DNA from: Octopus sinensis
Lineage: Eukaryota
Direction of reading: 5' to 3'
Assembly: GCF_006345805.1 (NCBI RefSeq)
Contig: NW_021833528.1
Location: forward strand, 1-22,753
DNA length: 22,753 nt
Shown here: positions 1 to 9,809 of the stretch, piece by piece
How the letters are laid out: each line of letters begins with the position of its first letter
Numbering within the stretch: the stretch's first letter is position 1
Position numbers and translations under genes: made by a program
Notes under the pieces: model-generated
Database searches by the model: none
The model's input: the letters and a program-made list of their open reading frames with translations, nothing else
What the model was told of the DNA's origin: nothing

Positions 1-122
1 CTCTCTCTCTCTCTCTCTAACCCTAATCCTAATCCTTCTGTCTTCGAGATTCACTCACAGAGCTTTGATTGATCAGAAGCCATGCTATAAGAAGGTACTC
101 ATTGAATTTACATATTCCCACA

Positions 123-208
123 GGCATATAGCGTAGTGGTTAAGAGCACAGGCTACTAACCCCAAGATTTCGAGTTCGATTCCAGGCAGTGACCTGAATA
201 ATAATAAC

Positions 209-240
<32 letters not shown>

Positions 241-268
241 TAATAATAATAACAATAATAATAATAAC

Positions 269-329
<61 letters not shown>

Positions 330-520
330 TCATCGGAAAATATCTTAGGAATGAGAACCCAGGTTCGAAATTTCCCCAAGACACCTGATGAAGGCTGGAG
401 GGTATATCAGCTGAAACGTTGTGTTAACAACAAAGAAGATGAGGAGAAATATCCGTCAAATGTAAATAATGTAAATAATGTAAATAGTGTACATAATTCC
501 TCATCTCTTAAATATGGAAT
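123..520 (+). mobile_element. tRNA-derived SINE-like element: tRNA head + (AAT)n + hammerhead-like 3' module (copy 1)
   Basis: Head 123-195 has an A-box (TAGCGTAGTGG), a CT-ACT-AA anticodon-like loop and a B-box (GAGTTCGATTCC). (AAT/AAC)n spans about 197-330. The tail is homologous to the minus-strand copy at 8128-8436 through ...CCTCATCTCTTAAATAT. ACTCATTGAA at 97-106 and 526-535 is a possible, uncertain TSD. Confidence 0.85.
380..425 (+). ncRNA. Minimal type I hammerhead ribozyme motif (predicted)
   Basis: Stem I GACAC(380-384)/GTGTT(421-425); core CTGATGA(385-391); stem II GGCTG(393-397)/CAGCT(408-412); GAAA(413-416); palindromic ACGT mini stem III (416-419); predicted cleavage after GTT at 420. 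Folded by eye, activity untested. Confidence 0.7.
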
Positions 521-544
521 TGAACACTCATTGAAGTTGCCACT

Positions 545-610
545 CAGTGAGATTGAACCTGGAAGAACGTAACTGGGAAGCAGGCTTATTTAACCACAAA
601 GCTAAGTGCA
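545..610 (-). mobile_element. Degenerate tRNA-SINE head fragment
   Basis: GATTGAACCTGGAA...GGGAAGCAGGCTTATTTAACCACAAAGC resembles the reverse complement of the SINE head at 14104-14250 and the fragments at 1822-1966 and 3730-3790. Confidence 0.5.
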
Positions 611-807
611 TCGTGTTTAAAAAAAATATCACTGCGTAAAATGATTGTAATATGTTAAAAGCAGCACTGAGTAATTTTCCGATGTGTTTGAAATCTTGTG
701 TAAAGGAAACGATCGTAAGCGTGTCTCTAGGCTCAACAATTGAAGACAATTTATGGTAAACAAAGTAATTATTTAAATTCGTTTCCATGTTTTCTTTCTT
801 CTTACAT

Positions 808-1354
808 ACTGATAAACACGCATACACACATACAAACATACATACACACATACAGACACACACACATACATACATGCATACAAACATACATACACACATA
901 CATACAGACACACACACATATATGTATGTCTGTATGCATGTATCTATGTATGTCTGTCTGTGTGTATATATATCATCATCATCATCATCATCATCATCAT
1001 GATATATATACACACAGACAGACATACATACATAATGCATACACATACACATACCACACATACATACATACATGCATACAAACATACATACACCATACAT
1101 ACGACACAAAACATATAGGTATGTCTGTATGCATGTATCTAGGTATGTCTGTCTGTGTGTATATATATCATCATCATCATCATCATCATCATGTATATAT
1201 ACACACAGACAGACATACATAGATACATGCATACACACCATACAACAACACATACATACATACATGCATACAAACATACATACACACATACATACAGACA
1301 CACACACATATATGTATGTCTGTATGCATGTATCTATGTATGTCTGTCTGTGTG

Positions 1355-1392
<38 letters not shown>

Positions 1393-1482
1393 GTATATAT
1401 ATTATGTATGTATGTATGTATGTATATGTGCCTGTGTCTGTGTATATATATATATATGTGTGTGTGAGTGTGTGTGTGTGTA
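808..1482. repeat. Compound CA/TG/(CAT)n/(TA)n microsatellite mosaic with internal inverted and direct duplications
   Basis: About 104 bp identical at about 865-968 and 1255-1358; inverted arms flank two (CAT)n tracts. Confidence 0.9.
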
Positions 1483-1821
1483 TGTGTATTTTAGCACAAA
1501 AATTTTGCATGGGAAAAGAGAAGAGAGAGAGAGAGATGAGATGTAATCCAAAATGTAGAGCATCATTTATTGCAAACTGAACTATTCACCTATCATGTGG
1601 ACCGAAAAGCGCAATGAGACAGAATGGTCAAATTTATATTCGTATTGGAAATGGCCCCTACTTCCATAGCCCGATGCCTCTACAAGTCATTTGACTAGGT
1701 TTCTATTGCAGGATGCTCTTCCTTTTGCCAACCCCTTTACAGTGAGACAGGGTTAGAGAAGAGGTGGTAGAGGGGTCTGTCCTTGCCTATCCTGCATTAC
1801 ACACATTATAAGGATACGTAG

Positions 1822-1966
1822 GATTTGCTTCCACACAGTTTCCAATCTACCAAAGCCACTTGGAAGGCTTTGAGTCAGTCTGGGGCTATAGTAGAAGACA
1901 TTTGCTGAAGGTGCCATGCTGTAGGATTGAACCCAAGACCATGTGGTTTAGAAGCAAGCTTCTTAC
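1822..1966 (-). mobile_element. tRNA-derived SINE fragment (abundant family)
   Basis: GGCTATAGTAGAAGACATTTGCTGAAGGTGCC...GATTGAACCCAAGACCATGTGG...AAGCAAGCTTCTTAC is reverse-complement homologous to 14104-14250. Confidence 0.8.
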
Positions 1967-2952
1967 GTCTGCATTTAGTCACGTCTGCATTTAGATTAAC
2001 TTCATAAATTAATCACCATGTTTAAACAGAGACGTTGGTTAATGTCAGACTGAAAACTAATCTCTGGCCAATAAGTCTACAACTGGACGTGATTTCTCTA
2101 ATTATGTTTTTGTCATTTTGTCATTGAAATGGTTTTTTCCGATTCCACAGAACCATTTTTATAACATTCATCAATTTAGCTTGACATATTGGGCTTAAAT
2201 TGATATGAATTTATTGAAAATAATATAGATTTAAGAATATACACATGTCTGTTGGTGTATGTGTGTGTGTATTTGTAGGAAGATATATATATGTACATGT
2301 ATGTTTTGTGTGTGTGTATGCATAGGTGTGTGTATATAGTGCAAGAATATAATAGAGATATGAATATATATATGCGTATATGTGTGTGTGGGTGGATGTG
2401 AGTTTGTGTGTGTGTGTATTTGTGCAAACATGCTATCTTAAAAACACACTATCTTCAGCAATGGTATTGGATAATAGATACATAATATTTGTAACCTAAG
2501 CTATTGTTTTCTGTCCACTTTCACTGCTGGTCCAGTCAGACAGGTCATCCTGATCCAAGTAATTTCATACTGGAAACCACAACTACTGCCATAGACTGGT
2601 GCCAATACAAGTCAGTCCATTTGGTTTCTACTGTACAATGCCCTTCCTATTGCCAACCACTTTACAGCAAAACAGGGAAGAAGGGGCCATGCAATTCAGT
2701 ACATTCTTGATTCAGAGGAGAAAGTGATGGCAGCTGGAAAACTAAAGTGGGCGAGTGAAAGGGGCTGGAGTATATGGGAGGGACAGAATTATAGTGGGAA
2801 GGAGATGAGAAAGGACAATGGTCAGTGGCAGAAGTTGACAAAGGCATCAGCCATTGGTAGAAGAAATTATTGGGAGCCAAGGGGAGAGAGTGAGGGATGG
2901 CTGGCAGCAAAGGATAGTTGATGTGGGGGGAGGGGGTAAGAGAGGTGGGTCA

Positions 2953-3128
2953 GAGGTGAGAGTGAGTGATGGCTGGCAGTAGAGGATGGGGGAAATAGAG
3001 GTGAGAGTGAGTGATGGCTGGCAGTAGAGGATGGGGGAAATAGAGGTGAGAGTGAGTGATGGCTGGCAGTAGAGGATGGAGGAAATAGAGGTGGGTCAGA
3101 GGCAAGAGTGAGTAATGTCTGGCAGTAC
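2953..3128 (+). repeat. 45-bp purine-rich minisatellite, 3 near-identical copies plus a degenerate fourth
   Basis: Unit GAGGTGAGAGTGAGTGATGGCTGGCAGTAGAGGATGGGGGAAATA at 2953-2997, 2998-3042 and 3043-3087. Confidence 0.95.
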
Positions 3129-3219
3129 AGGCTGAAGTCTGAGTTTATAGAATAGCTAAAATTAACATCTCCTTTATAGCAACATAACAAGTAAGGAACA
3201 GTAGCTTATTGCCACTATA

Positions 3220-4093
3220 ACTGTGTGTAATATATACACGTGTGTATATACATGCGTAGACAGGCTCATACACATATGTAGGTATATATAAACAGCTACA
3301 TATACTCACTCAGAAACACACACACACACCTATATTTATTGTTTCACACATACAAACACACACAGAGTATCTTGTACACACGTATACACAATGACAGACA
3401 CATAGATACATACAATGCTACAAACACATACATACACACACGCATACACATACACACACATAAACATGCGCACACACACACACACACAAATATACACAGA
3501 TTTACAAACACACGCACATACACACACAGACCTACACAGTTACATGCAAATAAACTCATACACGATCACACAATCACATACATAGATTGCATAGGTGCAC
3601 ATACATGCACACACACACACATACACACATATTCACCTACACACACACTCATACATACACACTCGTATACAGATAGATATAAACAGTCTCTCTCTCTCTC
3701 TCTCTATCTTTCTCACACACATACATGCATATGAACCTGGAACCATATCGTGCGGAAGCAAGCTTCTTACCACACAGCCACGCCTGTGCCTATTCCACAC
3801 ATATACACAGACATGCTTACATACTCCACACACACACATACAGAATTACATGTACACACACATAGTCATGGATGCAGATACATACACTGTCAAACACACA
3901 GACAAGCACAAACACATACTCATAAATATAAATAGACAAGCAGACAGACAGACAGATACACATACACACACACTCACACACACACACACGCACAAACACA
4001 TGCACAGAAAGAGAAAGTGTGAAAGAAAAAGCAACATGTACACATCCACACATATTCACAGACACATAAAGTCCGATATACTGTCTCTCTCTC

Positions 4094-4127
<34 letters not shown>

Positions 4128-4480
4128 ACCACACACCACACACACACACACACACACACTATCAGACAGTCACACACACACACACACATGTACACCATCA
4201 GACATACAAGCAAACACACACAGACATGCACAGACACACTCACACAGACACAGGCGTACACGCATCTATTCACATATACATATACACACATATAAAGAAA
4301 CACATACACATATACACATACAAACCAGCACATACACATACACACACACACACACGCACAAAGTAACGTACATATACACATATTCATAGAGACACAAATA
4401 ATCTGTCACACACACACAGATACACATGCAAACTTAAACACAAGGATAGAGATGTGTATAAACACAGACACACAGACGTG
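3220..4480. repeat. Degenerate (CA)n/(CT)n low-complexity tract with an embedded SINE head fragment at about 3730-3790 (-)
   Basis: Direct reading; GAACCTGGAACCATATCG...AAGCAAGCTTCTTACCACACAGCCACGCC matches the SINE head family. Confidence 0.85.
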
Positions 4481-4812
4481 TGTGCATACGGAGAGTAAGT
4501 GATCTCCAACCCATAGCCGACTGCCAAAGCTGTTTGTCATCAGTTAAAACTCATCAAGAACCGAAGCTGGTTGCTGTTATTCTATTGATTTCTGTGATGA
4601 AGATTAAACGAAGAAGGATTAAGCTTGAGGTAAATCTTTACAGTAAACATCGGATTGACTTTAATACCATTCACAGAGAATATGGAACATCTTAGCAGAT
4701 TCCTGCAGAGGATTCTGCTTTGGTTAGAAACATATTGATGGGTGGATTCCATGGAAGGGTGGTATGGTGGTGAGGTTGGAATAATGGGTAGAAAGACATG
4801 TTTTCTATGATA

Positions 4813-5300
4813 CATCCATCCATTTTCTCAGTATTCCTGGGAGGGTAGCGGGGATAGAGTCTTCAGGCTTCCACAGGGCCCTATCAGAAGCAGCTGCCAT
4901 TACACTTTCCTGTTGGATTCCAAAGCACAACCAACAGAGGTTATTTATATTATCCAACCGTCCTATTCTTCGTCTATTCCTAGGTCTCTTGCTCGTTAGC
5001 GTAACTTGAACAATCCATTTGCAATTCTTTCCTATGGCATTCTAATCACAAATTCGTAGCACCAGGGTTGTGACCCCTTAATGCAAAAGAAGTAATGGCT
5101 CAATCTGGAAAGATCCCATTATCACTGAGTAATATCATTCCAGAGATTCTTTGAAGGAATCCTATTTCAGTTGCTTGTCTTAACAATTGCACTCTTTTGG
5201 TCTTTACCCAAAAATTTGTGATGAGGATCAGCACAAAAGCCAAACTGAAGAATGCAAATTTAACTTTTTTACCAGCCTCTCCTCCATCTGTGCTTTATGG
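4813..5300 (-). mobile_element. Old RTE-clade LINE 3' end (Expander/Rex3-like), heavily decayed
   Basis: Manual minus-strand translation across stops and frameshifts gives WVKTKRVQLLRQATEIGFLQRISGM, FQIEPLLL, VIRMP*ERIA and SKRPRNRRRIGRLDNI...AASDRALWK, followed by the tail GAGAAAATGGATGGATG. These resemble RTE C-terminal motifs (QAAEMGFLRR, RWxGHVxRM, GKRPRGRP) and the (GGAT)n tail. Confidence 0.75.
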
Positions 5301-6165
5301 TACATAAATTCTGTTTTTCACCGTTGCCAAATTATAGAGGTGGTTGGGATTTGAGTTTTCTGAATAAAGAACTTTGTGCAAGACATTTAACTGAGTCTTG
5401 GAGTGAGGCTCCAGGTTCAGAGTGACTCTAGAAGTTTTGGTGAGTGCAGGGTTATCCCTTGGTCAACTCTTCTCCAAGATTCAGTCTAGCCCTGAGTGCT
5501 AATACCTGTTGAAGGCCAAATTTATAAGTCAAACAGCAAAAGAGGGTCCTGTGGTTTAGGTATGTGAGAACTCGGTTGAAGGCTCTCTTTTTGACATTTG
5601 TTCCTCCATCGGTGCCACTAATATGTAGACATGCCCTGATATCATGTAAACTAGGTTCAGCCCTGTCAAAGAGTTAAACAGATCCCGTGATTCAATGGGA
5701 AGCTCCAGAGAGCAGGAGAATTTCAGAATAGACAAAAGGCAACAGGGAACCACAGCTGTGTTTCTCCCAAGAAGAATCTGTGTTCTTGTCAAGTCTAGAT
5801 TTATCTGGTAGCTTTCTACATTCTGAGTTAAAATCCCACCTGTCCGCAGAAGGCAATGGGAAACCACTTCAGTATTCATCTCAAGTCTAGTCGTGGATGG
5901 CTGAAGTTCCAGTGATGTATTTAATGGTGGCAGAGGAAGGCAAAGGGCCGCTCCCCAGATTGCATAGAGATTGAGTTGGACAAGGCTCATCTGAATAGGA
6001 CATGTCCACAGATAAGATCACCACTTTGACATAGTGACAGATCCTGTAAAACAGGCCTGGCACATGAAGTGAGATGGTAGGGAGAACTGTTGTCCACAAC
6101 ATGCTGGTTCTAATCCCATCTCTGTCAACTTCTACTGGTGATGATCACGGATCCTTATATCATGG

Positions 6166-6169
<4 letters not shown>

Positions 6170-6204
<35 letters not shown>

Positions 6205-6370
6205 AGTGTTTGCTTGTGTGTGTGTGTGTGTGTGCATGTGAGTGTTTGCTTGTGTGTGTGTGTGAATTTGTGAGTGTGTATTTGTGTGTGTGTTTCTTTG
6301 TGTACATGTGTGAATGTGTATGTGTGCATGTGAGTGTGTGTGTGTGTGCATGCATGCGTGTGTGTGTGAA
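6170..6370. repeat. (TG)n-rich microsatellite
   Basis: Direct reading. Confidence 0.95.
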
Positions 6371-6394
6371 CGTATGTACCTTTGCATCGTGTGG

Positions 6395-6740
6395 TCTTGG
6401 CATCACATCGCTATTGCAAACAAATGTCATTCCTTTGCAATATTTTGCAAAAACATGTCCAGCCATGGGGGAAAATATTACTTTGCCTGGAAAGAAATAA
6501 GGGTTGATGACAGGAAAGGCATCTGGTCATAGACAATCTGTCTAAGTAAATTCCATCCAACCCTTGAAGGCATCATGGAAACGAAGTGGAAAATGATGAT
6601 GATGATGAAGACGACAACGACAGCGATGATGATGTCAATGATGACAACGACAATGATGATGATGACGTTGATAATGATGATGACGATGACGACGATTATG
6701 ATGATGATGACGATTATGATGACGATGTCGGTAATGATAC
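6395..6740 (+). mobile_element. SINE 3' region ending in an expanded (GAT/GAC)n tail (6594-6740)
   Basis: ...CATGTCCAGCCATGGGGGAAAATATTACTTTGCCTGGAAA...GACAGGAAAGGCATCTGG...CATGGAAACGAAGTGGAAAAT(GAT)n; the tail type is shared with 16903-17268. Confidence 0.65.
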
Positions 6741-7138
6741 ATATGGATGTATATTTATATTGGCACCCAAATATTTCATAGAGTTTTATGTATCAGATAA
6801 TGCTTTAATCACTGTCTAGCACAACTGCATGTATGTTAAATACTTAGACATCACTCACTTTCCTCTCCCTCACTCTCTTTCTCTCTCTCCCTCACTTCAT
6901 ATATATGTATGTGTGTGTGTGTGTGTGTGCGTGTGTGTGTGTGTGAGTGTGTGAGTATACATGTATATATGCATATATATACGTATGCATATATGTATAT
7001 GTATATAATCAGAAAATGGAGAAAACCTCAGATTAACAAACACAATGATTGGACCACATTTCTAGCTTATTTTTTAATATACAAAGCATGACATAACACA
7101 TATATATATATACAGATACACACACACATACACTGTAT

Positions 7139-7175
<37 letters not shown>

Positions 7176-7269
7176 CATAGATATAGATATGTATACACAT
7201 GCTCACAGATTTATGTTTATGGAATATGCCTGGTTTATATTTGTGTATATATATATGTGTGTGTGTGTG

Positions 7270-7313
<44 letters not shown>

Positions 7314-7340
7314 TATATATAGACCACACACATATATGTA

Positions 7341-7722
7341 TCTTTATATATATAAAACTGAGAATTCCAGGAATTCCTTGGAACTTTCCAGGAAATCCTC
7401 GGATCATTCTGTCGATTTTCCAGGAAGTTGGGAAATCCTCGGAACATTCCAGGAAATCTTTGGAGATTTACGGCCGATTTTCCAGGAAGTTGGGATATCA
7501 TCGGAGCTTTCCATGGAATCATCGGAACTCCCCAAGAAATCCTCGGAACTTTCCATGGTCTCATCGGACATTTCCGGGAATTTTCCGATCGATTTTCTGT
7601 GAAGTTGGGGAATCCTCGGAACTTTCCATGGAATCCTCGGGACTTTCCAGGAAGTTTCCGACTGATTTTCCAGGAAGTTAGGTTATTCGAGGAACTTTCC
7701 AATAAGTTCCCTACAAGTTTTT
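7341..7722 (+). mobile_element. Helitron-like 5' terminus followed by a ~21-bp GGAA/TTCC minisatellite array
   Basis: A|TCTTTATATATATAAAACTGAGAAT at 7340-7365 matches 9811-9834. Units such as GAAATCCTCGGAACTTTCCA(T)G and CGATTTTCCAGGAAGTTGG follow. No 3' terminus was found. Confidence 0.7.
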
Positions 7723-8127
7723 TAGGAAGTAATGATAGTACTGCAGCCATTCTGGAGCACCACCTTAATGTATTTTCAATTAGGTTTTGTAGTTGCTTCT
7801 TGACTGGAAGGTCTATGATTGAGTTTTCTCGCAGCTGCTCGCCTCTCAATGCACCACCCTTGAAAGATTGACTTCTAAGGTATCGTTAAGAGTTCATCTA
7901 ATGAGTTTTTGGAGGGGTTTTTTAATGTTTCAGTAGAAGTCGCTTTTATATTTCTTTTAATTCAGATAGGTAGTTGAATAGTTGAGGGAACTCTAAATGT
8001 CAGATTGTTACAATAGAGTATTTTGGCCCATGATTTCGAACGTAGTATATTTGCAAGCTTAGAGTATATAAATGTTCGTGCATTAAAACTCTCTCCAGTG
8101 GCGAAGTTTGGAACATTTCCCTCCACA

Positions 8128-8436
8128 GTTCTATATTTAAGAGATGAGGAATTATATACATTATTACATTCGATGGATATTTGTCTTCATCTTGTTTGTT
8201 GTTGGACGCTAAACGGTGATGATGATGATGATGATGATGCAATGTTTCACCTGATATACCCTCCAGCCTTCTTCAGGTGTCTTGGGGAAATTTCGAACAT
8301 GTGTTCTAATTCCTAAGGTATTTTCGATGTTATTGTTGTTGTTATTGTTGCTGTTGTTAGTGTTCAGGTGACTGCTTGGAATCGAACTTGAATCTTGGGG
8401 TTAGTAGCCCGCGCTCTTACCACTACGCCATATGTC
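8128..8436 (-). mobile_element. tRNA-head/hammerhead-module SINE, copy 2 (decayed)
   Basis: Minus strand reads GGACATATGGCGTAGTGGTAAGAGCGCGGGCTACTAACCCCAAGATTCAAGTTCGATTCC...(AAC)n...GACACCTGAAGAAGGCTGGAGGGTATATCAGGTGAAACATTG, collinear with copy 1. Confidence 0.85.
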
Positions 8437-8830
8437 CCCCAACAATTTTCCATATGAATGTGATAGTATATATTTCTCTTTGGTGTCAAGAGACTCAGCG
8501 CTTTCAGACATTCTCGGTAAATAAGACTTTTAACTGAAGGTATTTTACCAGTGAACATTCCTTGAAACCCTTCGATTTCTTCTATGAGACCGGATAAGTT
8601 AGATTAAATTGTAAGCAGTAATATAAACTGCTCAGAACTAGGGTTTCCCTAAAAATAAAACTAACTGCTGGTTCCCTTGTCATGAATGTTTCTAGGATGC
8701 ACCTATGAGTTGGCTGCATTCAAAGCTAGTATATATATATATATATATATATACACCACACATATTATATATAATATATATATATATATACATATATATG
8801 TATGTATATATATTTTATATATATATATAC

Positions 8831-8861
<31 letters not shown>

Positions 8862-9520
8862 ATATATATATATAATATGTGTGTGTTAATTATATATACA
8901 TTATATATCTTATGATTATCTTTTACATAGAGCAAATATCTGATATAAAGCACAATACGCTGTCTACTACCAATGAATACCTAAAATGTAAAGATAAAAA
9001 AAACCAGAAGCAAAAGAAAATTCCAATTTTACATACTTTACGATCTTAAAAAATGAATACAACACAATATTTGTGCGATGTTTTTATTGTGTAGAAATTA
9101 TGAGTTCCCAAAATGGCTGCAACGATTTTCAAGAACATATTGTGTTATAATGATGAGAATTTTATTGCCTTTTCCCATTGCGTATTTATATTTTATATGA
9201 GTTTTGTGATATTCTTGTTGGCTAAAATTATTTAATACAAATTGTTTCAGTAATTCTAGTCGTAGAATTTATTATAATTTGCTTTTTAACAATCTTGTAC
9301 TTTTACTTGTTTCAAAAGACTGAGGCACCGTTGTGAAGGAATTAGTCAAACACAAGCCTTATCTTTTTAGTACCTTGTACGTATTCTATCCATTCTTTTG
9401 CTGCACCGCTAACTCATGTTTACATAAACAAATTAACATCGTTTGTGAATAAACTTCACTGAAATTAGATATATACATTGCGAGTCGAGGCAGATATCAA
9501 CAGCTGACCGGCGTCTGCTA

Positions 9521-9569
9521 GTTGAGACCGACGAAGGACAATGATCCTGAAACACGCGTGTCTCTAGAT
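9521..9569 (+). ncRNA. Hammerhead ribozyme-like motif (type I, palindromic stem III, core CCGACGA)
   Basis: AGA(9525-9527)-CCGACGA(9528-9534)-AGGA/caatga/TCCT(9535-9548)-GAA-ACACGCGTGT(9552-9561, perfect palindrome)-C(9562)-TCT; GTC cleavage triplet. The core has C where the consensus has U4. Confidence 0.65.
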
Positions 9570-9809
9570 GCAGCCCTAGCGGCTGGGGGTGTTTGTCTCC
9601 CCTTCGTAAATGTATATAAGGACACAGGAAAAATGTGTCAAAGCCATCAGGAGGCGTCGATGCTTCTAGGGCTAAACAGTGGTGGTGTACCCCCCTACTG
9701 TCACGTTCATGTTAGATTGACAGTAGACAACCATTCTATCACCTCACCACCGTACATATCTCTACGAGAGATTTAGAAATTTAATATTTCTTATATATAT
9801 ATATATAAA

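Noticed and set aside
18-35. CTAACCCTAATCCTAAT telomere-like repeat
   Set aside because: Fewer than three imperfect units next to a (CT)n tract; not an interstitial telomere array.
123-195. Functional tRNA-Ser(ACT) gene (also 8364-8436)
   Set aside because: Poor acceptor and anticodon stems, an unusual anticodon and linkage to a repeated SINE body; treated as a SINE head.
700-735. GAAAC...GCGTGTCTCTAG resembling the 3' half of the 9521 hammerhead
   Set aside because: No upstream CUGANGA-like core or stem II.
528-4389. Long ORFs such as 528-1307 (259 aa) and 3595-4389 (264 aa)
   Set aside because: Translations of CA/TG/CAT microsatellites with no domain content.
5556-5990. 144-aa minus-strand ORF
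   Set aside because: No recognisable motif, non-ATG start, and it overlaps repeat-like fragments.
6575-6819. Poly-Asp and poly-Met/Thr ORFs
   Set aside because: Expanded (GAT/GAC)n SINE tail.
7361-7722. CRISPR-like appearance of the GGAA/TTCC array (also 17801-17944)
   Set aside because: Units are contiguous with no unique spacers; eukaryotic context with no cas genes.
7189-7871. Overlapping 137-178-aa ORFs on both strands
   Set aside because: They are open because the 21-bp repeat unit lacks stop codons; no coding evidence.
8545-8590. Possible 33-nt minus-strand micro-exon (EEIEGFQGMFTG)
   Set aside because: AG/GT boundaries alone are weak evidence, and there is no partner exon or recognisable protein.
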